Shown piece by piece: positions 1-9,031 of a DNA stretch of 26,136 nucleotides; position 1 is the first letter of the stretch; every line of letters begins with the position of its first letter. Origin of the DNA: Candidatus Methylomirabilales bacterium (lineage in GTDB: Bacteria; Methylomirabilota; Methylomirabilia; Methylomirabilales; CSP1-5); the NCBI GenBank assembly GCA_046758505.1, contig JBHIAH010000032.1:1-26136 (forward strand). Reading direction: 5' to 3'. The notes under the pieces are model-generated. The model was given only the letters and a program-made list of their open reading frames with translations. It had not been told where the DNA came from and made no database searches. The position numbers were made by a program, and so were the translations under genes.

Positions 1-1
1 G

Positions 2-1513
2 ATCATTCCGCCCGAGACCTATAACATGCTCTTTACCATGCACGCCACGATCATGGTCTTCTTTGTGATCATGCCGATCCTGGTCGGGTGTTTTGGGAAC
101 TTCCTGATTCCCCTGATGATCGGGGCTCGGGATATGGCATTTCCGACGCTCAACATGGTCTCGTTCTGGGTGGGGGCGGTGGCGGGCGTCGTGATGCTGG
201 CAGGGTTCTTTGTCCCGGGCGGGCACGCGGCGGGCGGCTGGACTGCGTACGCGCCCCTCACCGCCAAGGCGATCTACACCGGCGTGGACTGGGGGCAGAA
301 TATCTGGTGCATCGCCCTCATCATTCTCGGCATCTCCTCGCTGATGGGTTCGATTAATTACATTACCACGATCGTCAACATGCGGGCACCGGGCATGACC
401 TGGTTTCGCCTCCCCCTCGTGGTCTGGTCCCTGTTCATCGTGGCGATCCTGCTCTTGCTCGCCTTGCCCGAGCTCACCTCCGCCCTGGCCATGCTCTTGT
501 TCGACCGGATGGCCGGGACGCACTTTTTCCTACCCGAAGGCGGGGGTGAGCCCCTCCTGTGGCAGCACCTCTTCTGGTTCTTCGGTCATCCGGAAGTCTA
601 CATCCTGATCCTCCCCGCGATGGGCGTCGCATCCGACGTCCTCTCGACCTTTTCCCGCAAACCGATCTTCGGCTACCGGTCCATGGTCTACGCCATGATC
701 GGCATCGCCTTCCTGAGTTGGATCGTCTGGGGTCACCACATGTTTCAGAGCGGCATGAACCCGGCGGTCGGCACGGGCTTTATGATCTCGACGATGATCA
801 TCGCCGTGCCGTCGGCCATCAAGACGTTCAACTGGCTCGGCACCCTGTGGGGGGGATCGATCCGATTTACGACGCCGATGTGGAACGGCCTGGCCTTCGT
901 CTCGATGTTCGTCATTGGCGGGCTGAGCGGCATCTACATGGCCTCCACACCGGTGGACATCTTCATCCATGACACGTACTTCATCGTGGCGCACATTCAT
1001 TACGTGGTCTTCGGCGGGAGCGTGTTTGGCATCTTCGCGGCCATCTATTACTGGTTTCCGAAGATGTTCGGCCGGATGATGAACGAGACGCTGGGCAAGA
1101 TCCACTTCTTCCTCACCTTCCTCTTTTTCAACGGGACCTTCTTTCCCATGCACATCCTCGGTGTGGGCGGGCACATGCGGCGGATTTACAACCCGATGCA
1201 GTATGAGTTCCTGCAGCCGCTGCAGCCGATCAATGTCTTCATCACGGTCTGTGCGATCGGTCTCGGCCTCGCCCAGATCCCGTTCGTCATCAATTTCTTC
1301 TGGAGCCTCTTCGCCGGGCAACAGGCGGAGCAGAATCCGTGGGAGGCGAATAGTCTGGAGTGGAGTGCGCCCTCGCCGCCAGCGCATGGCAACTGGGGAG
1401 AGCGGATCCCGGTCGTTCACCGCGGCCCCTACGAGTATAGTCCGCCCGAGGTGGCCGAGGATTATCTCCCGCAGGATCGGCCCCTGGTCGTGCACGCCGC
1501 GGCGGCCCATTAA
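2..1513 (+). CDS. ctaD: Cytochrome c oxidase subunit I, A1 type (5'-truncated by window edge)
   Basis: Frame open from base 2 (IIPPETYNMLFTMHAT...). Motifs: WFFGHPEVY (CuB His, Tyr cross-link, A1 Glu), WGHHMF (CuB), HDTYFIVAHIHY (heme a3/a His), RDMAFP (D-channel Asp), PSAIK (K-channel Lys), MRR. Confidence 0.97.
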   Translation: MIPPETYNMLFTMHATIMVFFVIMPILVGCFGNFLIPLMIGARDMAFPTLNMVSFWVGAVAGVVMLAGFFVPGGHAAGGWTAYAPLTAKAIYTGVDWGQNIWCIALIILGISSLMGSINYITTIVNMRAPGMTWFRLPLVVWSLFIVAILLLLALPELTSALAMLLFDRMAGTHFFLPEGGGEPLLWQHLFWFFGHPEVYILILPAMGVASDVLSTFSRKPIFGYRSMVYAMIGIAFLSWIVWGHHMFQSGMNPAVGTGFMISTMIIAVPSAIKTFNWLGTLWGGSIRFTTPMWNGLAFVSMFVIGGLSGIYMASTPVDIFIHDTYFIVAHIHYVVFGGSVFGIFAAIYYWFPKMFGRMMNETLGKIHFFLTFLFFNGTFFPMHILGVGGHMRRIYNPMQYEFLQPLQPINVFITVCAIGLGLAQIPFVINFFWSLFAGQQAEQNPWEANSLEWSAPSPPAHGNWGERIPVVHRGPYEYSPPEVAEDYLPQDRPLVVHAAAAH

Positions 1514-1525
1514 AGGACGGACCGC

Positions 1526-2506
1526 ATGGCGAAATCTCCTCATCCCGTTGACATCCATCGGCAGCCCGCTCACGTGTGGCTCCACCGGTGTGCCCTGTGC
1601 ACCGCGGGGGCCACGTTCCTGCTGATCTGTGTCGGGGGAATCGTGACCAGCACGGGTGCGGGCCTTGCGGTGCCGGACTGGCCGACGACGTTCGGCCACA
1701 ACATGTTCCTGTATCCATGGTCGAAGATGGTGGGAGGGATCCTCTACGAACACAGTCACCGGCTGATCGGGGCCGGCGTCGGTCTCCTCACGCTGGTGCT
1801 GGCCCTGCTGCTCTGGTTTCGCGAGCCGCGGGGGTGGCTTCGCTGGCTCGGCGTCGCCGCGCTGGTTGCGGTGGTCGTCCAGGGGGTGCTGGGGGGCCTT
1901 CGGGTCGTCTTGCTCGAGCGGACACTCGCGGTTGTCCATGCAGCCCTCGCCCAGGCCTTTTTTGCCCTCACCGTGAGTGTGGCGTTCTTTACGTCGGAAG
2001 AGGGAAGGCGGGAACCAGACAAAGCCCCGAGCAGGCACAGCGGTCGCTTCCGGAGCCTGGCGCTCTTGACGACCGGGATGATATATGTGCAGCTGATCTT
2101 CGGTGCCCTGCTGCGGCACACGGGCGCGGGGCTTAGCGCGCACCTGGTCGGTGCCGGGGTGGTGACCATGCTGGTCGTCTGCCTGGGGGGTTGGCTCCTC
2201 ACCAGCCATGCGGATCAGCCGACACTGGTCCGCCCGGTGACAGTGCTTGGCGTGCTGCTGGTGCTCCAACTCGGACTCGGCCTGGGATCGTACCTCGGGA
2301 AATTCACCCCCCTGGCGGCGCGTTGGTCTCCGCTTTCCCTGGTGATGCTCACCACCGCGCACGTCGCCACCGGGGCCTTGATGCTGGCCGCCGGTCTCGT
2401 GCTGACCCTCCGCATCTATCGACGGTTGGCCTCCCGAGTGCCCACGGTCGCTCGGGAATTCGTCCCTGCCCCTCCGGGGGGCAGGTCGGAGCAGGCACGT
2501 GCATGA
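1526..2506 (+). CDS. ctaA: Heme A synthase (COX15/CtaA family)
   Basis: GAGLAVPDWP, EHSHRL, QGVLGGLRV, VHAALAQ, GALLRH and later His residues; about 8 hydrophobic segments; AAAGGA RBS; position in cox operon. Confidence 0.9.
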   Translation: MAKSPHPVDIHRQPAHVWLHRCALCTAGATFLLICVGGIVTSTGAGLAVPDWPTTFGHNMFLYPWSKMVGGILYEHSHRLIGAGVGLLTLVLALLLWFREPRGWLRWLGVAALVAVVVQGVLGGLRVVLLERTLAVVHAALAQAFFALTVSVAFFTSEEGRREPDKAPSRHSGRFRSLALLTTGMIYVQLIFGALLRHTGAGLSAHLVGAGVVTMLVVCLGGWLLTSHADQPTLVRPVTVLGVLLVLQLGLGLGSYLGKFTPLAARWSPLSLVMLTTAHVATGALMLAAGLVLTLRIYRRLASRVPTVAREFVPAPPGGRSEQARA

Positions 2507-3407
2507 TCTCGGGAAAGAAGGCCTGGAACCCACAATGACACTGCTGCAGAGACGTCCGGCAGACTTTCTGGCGCTGATGAGACCTCGGGTGGTGATCATG
2601 GTGCTGGTCACCACCCTCGTGGGGTTCTACCTGGCCTCGGTAGGAGCACCGGCCTATCTCCGGCTGGTCCATACGCTGATCGGGATGGGTCTCGCAGCGG
2701 GGGGGACGTTGGCGTTGAATCAGTATCTCGAGCGGGACGTAGATGGGCGGATGGACCGCACACGGCTGCGACCGTTGCCCGCCGGGCGGCTCCACCCGGC
2801 CGAGGCGCTGGCCTTCGGGGCAGCCATTACCGCCGGCGGACTCCTCTATCTCGCCTTGGTTGTAAACGTCCTGAGCGCTTCCATCACGGCGATCAGTGTG
2901 GGCAGCTATCTCTTTTGCTACACCCCGCTCAAGCGCAAGACCTCGCTGTGCAGCGTGGTGGGGGCCGTGCCCGGTGCACTACCGCCGGTGGTGGGGTGGG
3001 CGGCGGCGCGGGGCGCGCTGGGCCTCGAGGCGGGAGTCCTCTTTGGCATTCTATTTCTCTGGCAGATCCCGCATTCGCTGGCGATCGCCCGGCTGTACCG
3101 GAACGATTATGCGCGCGCCGGAATCCGGGTCCTTCCGGTGGTCGAGCCGGACGGGGGGAGCACGGGGCGCCAGATTGTGAGTAACTGCCTGGCCCTCCTC
3201 GCCGTGGGCCTCTTGCCGACGCTCATCGGCCTTGCGGGATCGGTCTATTTTTTCGGAGCTTTTGTCCTCGGGGTTGTGTTTCTTGGATGCGGGATCGGTC
3301 TCGCAATTTCTCGCTCCGAGGCAGCCGCGCGCCGCCTCTTGTTCGCTTCCCTGCTGTACCTGCCGGCGCAGCTCGCCCTGATGGCGCTCGACAAGGTGCC
3401 GTTCTAG
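2499..3407 (+). CDS. ctaB: Protoheme IX farnesyltransferase (heme O synthase)
   Basis: LNQYLERDVDGRMDRTRLRPLP, YTPLKRKT, GAVPGALPP, WQIPH, DYARAG motifs of UbiA-family CyoE/CtaB. GTG 2499 has GGAG upstream; alternative ATG at 2535. Confidence 0.95.
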   Translation: MHDLGKEGLEPTMTLLQRRPADFLALMRPRVVIMVLVTTLVGFYLASVGAPAYLRLVHTLIGMGLAAGGTLALNQYLERDVDGRMDRTRLRPLPAGRLHPAEALAFGAAITAGGLLYLALVVNVLSASITAISVGSYLFCYTPLKRKTSLCSVVGAVPGALPPVVGWAAARGALGLEAGVLFGILFLWQIPHSLAIARLYRNDYARAGIRVLPVVEPDGGSTGRQIVSNCLALLAVGLLPTLIGLAGSVYFFGAFVLGVVFLGCGIGLAISRSEAAARRLLFASLLYLPAQLALMALDKVPF

Positions 3408-3476
3408 GCTGAGATGGGGCGGCGACGGCGGTGAGTGGGATGGCATTGAACGCGGAGGCATGGGGCGCGAGGTCCG

Positions 3477-4181
3477 GTGGGGGCTGTGAAGATGGCACGG
3501 GGGATCGAGACGCCCATCGTCGACAGGCGTGCGGAAGATCCGGCGAAGGTCCCGCCGCGTTTTGATGAGGGTCCACCGCCGGAGTACCCTCGGGACCCGT
3601 TCGGTCACAGGGGGGACGACCGGAGCAGGCCGGCCGTCAGCAATGCGCACCTGGGCATGCTCATGGTCCTGGGGGCAGAGGCGATGTTCTTTGCTGGGCT
3701 GATCGGCGCCTTCCTGGTCTTCCGCCTGGGAAGCGCGCGCTGGCCGCCACCCGGCCAGCCGTACCTGCCGGTGGGGGTCACCGGCGTCAACACGGCGATT
3801 CTGCTGTGCAGTGCGTACACGATGCACCGGGCGGTCCGGGCCATCCGGGGTGGGAACGGGCAGGGACTTGTCCGGTGGCTTCTGACGACGGTACTTCTTG
3901 GAACGGTCTTCCTCGGGGTGCAAGGGTACGAGTGGCTGCGACTGATCCGTTTTGGTTTTTCCTGGACAAGCGGGACGTACGGGGCGACCTTCTATGGCCT
4001 GATTGGGATTCACGGTGCCCACGTGTTCGGCGCGGTGCTCTGGCTGTTGGTGGTGCTTGCGGGGGTGGGGGCGGGTCGATTCTCGGCCCGGCGGCGGGTC
4101 GGCGTTGAGCTGTGCGGGATGTACTGGTATTTCGTCGTCGGCCTGTGGCCCGTGCTCTTCACGCTGGTGTACCTCAGTTGA
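3477..4181 (+). CDS. Cytochrome c oxidase subunit III family protein (first paralog)
   Basis: LGAEAMFFAGL, NTAILLCS, FLGVQGYEW, HGAHV, YWYFV motifs; start may be ATG 3492. Confidence 0.88.
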   Translation: MGAVKMARGIETPIVDRRAEDPAKVPPRFDEGPPPEYPRDPFGHRGDDRSRPAVSNAHLGMLMVLGAEAMFFAGLIGAFLVFRLGSARWPPPGQPYLPVGVTGVNTAILLCSAYTMHRAVRAIRGGNGQGLVRWLLTTVLLGTVFLGVQGYEWLRLIRFGFSWTSGTYGATFYGLIGIHGAHVFGAVLWLLVVLAGVGAGRFSARRRVGVELCGMYWYFVVGLWPVLFTLVYLS

Positions 4182-4248
4182 GCCTGGGCGGGGGCGTTTC
4201 GGGATGCGAGCGGTGATCGGCAGGGTCGTGAATTCTGGGGAATCCTTT

Positions 4249-4527
4249 ATGGCGGTGTGCCGAGCTCTGGCGGTGGGGATGGTGGCAACGCTCGTCCTCG
4301 GTCCTGGGATTGCCCACGCCTGTTCCGTGTGTGGGGGCTTTGCGATGGGTACCGATCCGGGCGCGGGGTTCAACTGGAGCATCCTCTTCCTGCTGGGGAT
4401 GCCCTATGCCGTAGTGGGAGCGATCGCCGGGTGGCTGGTCTATACGCACCGGCGGACCTTCGGACCCCGGGAGAGCAACCGAGCGCTTCCCCGCCTCGCC
4501 TGGACGCAAAAGGAGAGTGAAAATTGA
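4249..4527 (+). CDS. Small exported/membrane protein with N-terminal CxxC (92 aa)
   Basis: Signal peptide ending AHA, then CSVC, then one TM helix (FNWSILFLLGMPYAVVGAIAGWLVY). Stop overlaps next start (TTGA). Alternative ATG at 4204. Confidence 0.75.
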   Translation: MAVCRALAVGMVATLVLGPGIAHACSVCGGFAMGTDPGAGFNWSILFLLGMPYAVVGAIAGWLVYTHRRTFGPRESNRALPRLAWTQKESEN

Positions 4528-5141
4528 GTCAAGCTGCCACGGTACATCCGGCCGCCGAACCGGCGGAGTCGCCCCTCATCCCTGAAAGCTCGGGCAAGCT
4601 CGGCATGTGGATCTTCCTGGCCGGGGATGCCATGTCCTTTGGGGCCCTGCTGGCCGGGTACGGTGTCCTCCGATACGGGAGCGTCGACTGGCCTGTTCCC
4701 GCGCATGTGCTCGGGATCAACCTCACGGCCCTGATGACCTTCCTCTTGATCTGTAGCAGCGTCACGATGGTATTCGCCCTGGCGGCGAGTCAGCAGGGGG
4801 ATGAGGCGGGGCTGAAGAGATTTCTCGGATTGACGGTTCTGGGTGGGCTCGCCTTCCTGGGTCTCCAGGCCTACGAATGGACGCACCTGATCCACCGGGG
4901 ACTGGGGTTCACGGCCAATCCGTGGGGCGCCTCCCTCTTCGGGACCACATTTTTTGCGATCACCGGGTTTCACGGGGCGCACGTGACCGGGGGCGTGGTG
5001 TACCTTTCCTGCTATCTCATTCAGGCCCTCCTCGGCCGTTCGAAACCCGGGGTGGCCAAACAGATCGAGATTGCCGCCCTGTACTGGCACTTTGTGGATC
5101 TGGTGTGGATCCTGGTCTTTACGTTTGTCTATCTGGTGTGA
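4524..5141 (+). CDS. Cytochrome c oxidase subunit III family protein (second paralog)
   Basis: KLGMWIFLAGDAMSF, LICSSVTM, QAYEWTHL, TGFHGAHV, LYWHFVDLVWI; TTG start with AGGAG RBS at 4511-4515. Confidence 0.92.
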   Translation: MSQAATVHPAAEPAESPLIPESSGKLGMWIFLAGDAMSFGALLAGYGVLRYGSVDWPVPAHVLGINLTALMTFLLICSSVTMVFALAASQQGDEAGLKRFLGLTVLGGLAFLGLQAYEWTHLIHRGLGFTANPWGASLFGTTFFAITGFHGAHVTGGVVYLSCYLIQALLGRSKPGVAKQIEIAALYWHFVDLVWILVFTFVYLV

Positions 5142-5160
5142 GGGAGGGTCGGGAATCGCG

Positions 5161-5487
5161 ATGACTACCGCCCACAAGACGCCAAATTACATCGCCATTT
5201 TCTGGTGGCTCCTGGCGCTCACCATTATCGAGGTCGCCGTGATCTACGCGCCGCTCGTCAAGATGGTGATTGTCATTCTGCTGATTGGTCTCGCCTTGTC
5301 GAAGGCGTCGTTGGTCGCGATGTATTTTATGCACCTGAAATTTGAGCCGCGCACGTTGGGCGTGATTGCGTTGACACCACTCCTCCTCTGCGTGCTGTTG
5401 GTGTTTGCGCTGCTCCCCGACCTCTCCGCCACTCCGCATCAGACCACGGTGAAGGAATCCGCCGAGCACTCCGCTGCCCCCGAGTGA
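5161..5487 (+). CDS. Cytochrome c oxidase subunit IV family protein
   Basis: Y...LLALTIIEV, LALSKASLVAMYFMHLKFE motif; three hydrophobic helices; GGAGG upstream. Confidence 0.88.
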   Translation: MTTAHKTPNYIAIFWWLLALTIIEVAVIYAPLVKMVIVILLIGLALSKASLVAMYFMHLKFEPRTLGVIALTPLLLCVLLVFALLPDLSATPHQTTVKESAEHSAAPE

Positions 5488-5723
5488 CATCCGCCGGGAA
5501 TGCCTCCCATTGTTCGTACGGGTCGTGGGGGCCCCGGTGGTCTCCGGTGCGGGTCCTGCACACCACGACGGCGGCTCTCCCCACGTGCGCTCCGCGTGTG
5601 TCGCGTTCCGGGAATTCTGCATCGGCGGGACGATGGTGTCAGCCGGGGGGTCGGCCGGGCCCAACCGGCCTTTTGGGGCTCGATGATGGGGTGGGTTACC
5701 GGACGTCAGACGGGGACGACCAG

Positions 5724-6254
5724 ATGAGAGATCGGTTGGTGCTTCCCGGGATTGGATTCGTGTCGCTCCTCATCCTCTTGGGGGTGGCGTTCATTCTGTT
5801 GGGCCGGCAGCCGAAGGTCGACGCGAGTCCCACCCTCACCGGGCTCCCCGCTGTCAATGCCTTCCTCAATGGGATGAGTGCCGTTCTCCTCACGACGGGG
5901 TATCTCTGCATCCGTCGGAAAAATGTGACCGGCCACAAGATCTGCATGGGAACGGCGTTTGGCGTCTCATGCCTCTTTCTGATATCCTATCTGATCCATC
6001 ATTTCCGGGTGGGCTCGGTGCCCTTTTCCGGGCAGGGGTGGGTTCGGCCCGTCTACTTTGCGATCCTCATCTCGCACGTCTGCCTGGCCGCGCTCGTGGT
6101 CCCCTTGGCCCTGACCACGATCTATCGTGCCGTCAGCGCCCAATTTGACAGGCACGTGAAGATTGCGCGGTGGACCCTTCCCACGTGGTTATACGTCTCG
6201 GTGACCGGTGTCATCGTCTATGTGATGCTCTACCAGCTCTACCCGCCGCGATAG
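5724..6254 (+). CDS. DUF420 family membrane protein
   Basis: LPAVNAFLN, HKICM, FLISYL, ILISH, HVKIARWTLPTWLYVSVTGVIVY; typical cox-operon companion. ATG 5724 preferred over the ORF-track start 5484. Confidence 0.85.
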   Translation: MRDRLVLPGIGFVSLLILLGVAFILLGRQPKVDASPTLTGLPAVNAFLNGMSAVLLTTGYLCIRRKNVTGHKICMGTAFGVSCLFLISYLIHHFRVGSVPFSGQGWVRPVYFAILISHVCLAALVVPLALTTIYRAVSAQFDRHVKIARWTLPTWLYVSVTGVIVYVMLYQLYPPR

Positions 6255-6289
6255 GAGCGGGAGAGGCGCCGGACCGCAAGACGCCGGTC

Positions 6290-6559
6290 TCAGGCCTCCT
6301 CACTGACGCAGGCCTGGGCGCAATCCTTCCGCTTCGGCCACAGCGAGCAGCGCTGTACGCGCAGGCGAGGCGGACCCAGGGCGGCGCTGAATGCGGCCCG
6401 AGGGGCGTCCACGCTCACGTCCGCTGCCTCCGCCGTTTCGGGGCACCGGAGATGCCTCGTGGGGCGATACCGGAGGAAGGTATGGGTGATGAGAGGAAGC
6501 AGGACGTAGAGTGCTGCCACGGTGAGGATAGCGAGGATCACGAGCCATGGGGTGCTCAT
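6290..6559 (-). CDS. Small membrane-anchored four-cysteine protein (89 aa), function unknown
   Basis: AGGAGG RBS, N-terminal TM helix, then CPET ... CSLWP ... CAQAC. Confidence 0.8.
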   Translation of the reverse strand: MSTPWLVILAILTVAALYVLLPLITHTFLRYRPTRHLRCPETAEAADVSVDAPRAAFSAALGPPRLRVQRCSLWPKRKDCAQACVSEEA

Positions 6560-6612
6560 GGTTGCCTCCTTTTCCGGAGTGACACGAGGACCTTTCGTTC
6601 CGCTCATCCACT

Positions 6613-6675
6613 ACAATAAGAAGCCTTGGCATGGGCGTCTATGATCGATGTCATCGAAAAAGGTGACAGTAATCA
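6613..6675 (-). promoter_or_regulatory. Putative CRP/FNR-family class II promoter with two TGA-N6-TCA sites
   Basis: -10 TATTGT at 6618-6613; TGATCGATGTCA at 6642-6653 is centred at -41.5 relative to that -10; TGACAGTAATCA at 6664-6675 lies 22 bp further upstream. Confidence 0.5.
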
Positions 6676-6799
6676 TGCGGTCCGTCGATGGCTCGTCGGC
6701 TTTTTGCTGCCGTGGGGTCAGACCTGGTCCGGAGATGGGCGTGAGGCGTCGGATGATCGGACAGGGGCTATGTATGGTAAAATGGCTGCGGGAAGGCGG

Positions 6800-7198
6800 G
6801 TGAGCGCGGTGGACGGTCAGCGCATCCGAGAGGTGCTTGGGAGGGGCATTCGGTTGAGATGCCCGAGGTGTGGTGCTGCCCCCCTGTTTCGGGGTCCCTT
6901 CTCGATGTACGCGGATTGCCTCTCCTGTGATCTCCGGTTTGAACGGGAGCACGGGTACTTCGTCGGAGCGATCTATGTCAATTATGCCGTCACTGCCGTC
7001 ACGGCCATGGTCGGCTATTTCACTCTCGATCATTTCATCGGCATGTCCCTCGGGCGGCAGCTCCTCCTGTGGGGTAGCTTCGCCGTCTTGTTCCCGCTCT
7101 TCTTCTTTCGGTACTCCAGGAGTCTGTGGCTGAGCCTCGATCACATGTGCAATCCCGAGCATCCACGCGGTGAGGGTTTCAGGGGCCGTGGGGCATGA
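6800..7198 (+). CDS. DUF983 family protein
   Basis: RCPRCG..PLF...CLSC.LRFERE.GYFVGAIY followed by two TM helices. Extended -10 TGGTAAAAT at 6775-6783 favours GTG 6800; exact start uncertain. Confidence 0.8.
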   Translation: MSAVDGQRIREVLGRGIRLRCPRCGAAPLFRGPFSMYADCLSCDLRFEREHGYFVGAIYVNYAVTAVTAMVGYFTLDHFIGMSLGRQLLLWGSFAVLFPLFFFRYSRSLWLSLDHMCNPEHPRGEGFRGRGA

Positions 7199-8148
7199 GT
7201 GAAACGAAACCGGACATGAATAGTGCGGCGGTCGAGGTCGAGGGCCTTCGCTACGCTTACGGAGGTCGGGAAGCACTCGCCGGGGTGACATTTACCGTTC
7301 CCCGCGGGGAGATGTTCGGCTTTCTGGGGCCGAACGGTGGGGGCAAGACGACGCTGTTCAAAATTCTCTCCACCCTCATGCCCCCCACCGCCGGCCGGGT
7401 GCGTGTCTTTGGCCATGATCTCGCGCATGCGCCTCATGCCGTACGGCCCCATCTGGGGGTCGTGTTCCAGGACCCGAGCCTGGATCTGAAGCTCACGGTC
7501 CTGGAGAATCTCCTGCACCACGGGCATCTCTACGGGCTGTGGGGCGAGGCCTTGCAGCGTCGCGCTCGGGCGATCCTCGAGCCGCTGGGGTTGGAAGAGC
7601 GCGCCCGCGACCTGGTGGAGACCCTTTCCGGAGGCCTGCGGAGGCGCACCGAGCTGGCCAAGGTCCTGATCCACCGCCCGGACCTCCTGCTCATGGACGA
7701 GCCGAGCACTGGGCTCGACCCGGGTGCCCGCCAAGACTTCAACGCCTACCTCCACCGGCTGCGCCAGGAGGATCACGTCACCATTCTGCTCACGACCCAC
7801 CTCATCGACGAGGCTGAGCAGTGCGACCGGGTGGGAGTGCTCCACCAGGGAAAGATGGTCGCTATGGGAGCGCCTGATGCCCTGAAGGGGATCGTCGGCG
7901 GGGACGTTGTGGTGATCGATGCCCATAATCCCGGCGAGTTGCAGGCAAAGATCCAGGAGCGGTTTGGTCATGCGACCGTGCTGGTTGACGGCGCCGTGCG
8001 TGTGGAGTGCCCGTCCGGGCATGAGTTTATCCGCGAGGTGGTGGAGGCCTTTCCCGGGGCGGTCCGGTCTGCCGCCTTTGGGAAGCCGACCCTGGAGGAC
8101 GTCTTTATTCGTCTGGCGGGACGTCGCCTCTGGAGCAATGATGGGTGA
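7195..8148 (+). CDS. ABC-2 (DrrA-like) exporter ATP-binding protein
   Basis: Walker A GPNGGGKT, signature LSGG, Walker B LLLMDEP, H-loop TTH, C-terminal PTLEDVF; ATGA coupling to DUF983. Confidence 0.95.
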   Translation: MSETKPDMNSAAVEVEGLRYAYGGREALAGVTFTVPRGEMFGFLGPNGGGKTTLFKILSTLMPPTAGRVRVFGHDLAHAPHAVRPHLGVVFQDPSLDLKLTVLENLLHHGHLYGLWGEALQRRARAILEPLGLEERARDLVETLSGGLRRRTELAKVLIHRPDLLLMDEPSTGLDPGARQDFNAYLHRLRQEDHVTILLTTHLIDEAEQCDRVGVLHQGKMVAMGAPDALKGIVGGDVVVIDAHNPGELQAKIQERFGHATVLVDGAVRVECPSGHEFIREVVEAFPGAVRSAAFGKPTLEDVFIRLAGRRLWSNDG

Positions 8149-8938
8149 ACGGATCCCTGTACGGGTCGGTCTGCCGGTAATGACGCTCTGGTGGCGGGAG
8201 ATCGTGCGGTTCTGCCGCCAGCGGAGTCGCCTCGTGGGCGCGTTTGTGCAGCCCCTGCTCTTCTGGATCCTCCTCGGCGGGGGATTCAGCGCTTCGTTTC
8301 GACCCCCCGGGGCGCCGGAGGGGACCGGCTCCGTTGAATACTTCTATCCCGGCATCATTACGCTGGTCCTCTTGTTTACCGCCATCTTCGCCACGATCTC
8401 CATCGTAGAGGACCGCCGGGAGGGGTTTCTACAGGCGATCCTTGTGGCTCCCGTGGGCCGGTCGAGCATCGTGCTCGGTCAGGCGCTCGGCGGCACGACC
8501 CTGGCGTTGATCCAGGGGGTGCTCTTTCTCCTGCTTGCGCCGGCCGCCGGTATTTCCCTGACCATCGGCTCGGCCGTGGCAGCGACCGGGGTGATGTTTC
8601 TCGTCTCCTTTGGCCTCACGAGTCTCGGGTTGATGATCGCGTGGCGGATGGACTCGACGCAAGGGTTCCACGCGATCATGAATTTGATCCTCTTTCCCAT
8701 CTGGCTCCTGTCCGGCGCCTTCTTTCCCGCCTCGGGCGTTCCCGTGTGGCTGCAATGGGCCATGAAGCTCGACCCCTTGACGTACGGGATGGCGGCCTTG
8801 CGGCGGTGCCTCTACCTGGGGAATCCTGCCCTCGCCGGCGATGTCCCTCCGCTTTTCCTCTCCCTCCTGCTCACGGTATGCTTCGGCGCAGTGGCCTTCA
8901 TCGCCGCAGCCGGCACTGCACGCCGAAGCGCGGCCTGA
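8141..8938 (+). CDS. ABC-2 type permease
   Basis: WWREIVRF, YFYPGI, IVEDRREGFLQAILVAPV, LSGAFFP, DPLTYG; six TM helices; overlaps ATPase stop. Confidence 0.93.
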   Translation: MGERIPVRVGLPVMTLWWREIVRFCRQRSRLVGAFVQPLLFWILLGGGFSASFRPPGAPEGTGSVEYFYPGIITLVLLFTAIFATISIVEDRREGFLQAILVAPVGRSSIVLGQALGGTTLALIQGVLFLLLAPAAGISLTIGSAVAATGVMFLVSFGLTSLGLMIAWRMDSTQGFHAIMNLILFPIWLLSGAFFPASGVPVWLQWAMKLDPLTYGMAALRRCLYLGNPALAGDVPPLFLSLLLTVCFGAVAFIAAAGTARRSAA

Positions 8939-8966
8939 CATATCCCGGATCCCGGGGAGATTTCGC

Positions 8967-9004
8967 TTGTGGGGGGCAGGATATTAGGTATAATTGTTTA
9001 GACA
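8967..9004 (+). promoter_or_regulatory. sigma70 promoter with HutC/GntR-type operator
   Basis: TTGTGG 8967-8972, TATAAT 8989-8994, then near-palindrome TGTTTAGACA 8995-9004 matching the GT-N-TA-N-AC pattern of HutC-subfamily operators; likely autoregulation. Confidence 0.65.
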
Positions 9005-9031
9005 TTTAGCCAATACCTTCCGGAGGTCTCT

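Noticed and set aside
2..1513. Possible NO reductase or NO dismutase
   Set aside because: HPEVY with the cross-linking Tyr plus D- and K-channel residues mark an ordinary A1 oxygen reductase.
530..2614. 694-aa minus-strand ORF
   Set aside because: Antisense shadow of ctaD/ctaA caused by high-GC codon bias; no motifs.
3477..5141. Two subunit III genes as a novelty
   Set aside because: Paired subunit III paralogs are known in cox operons of several phyla.
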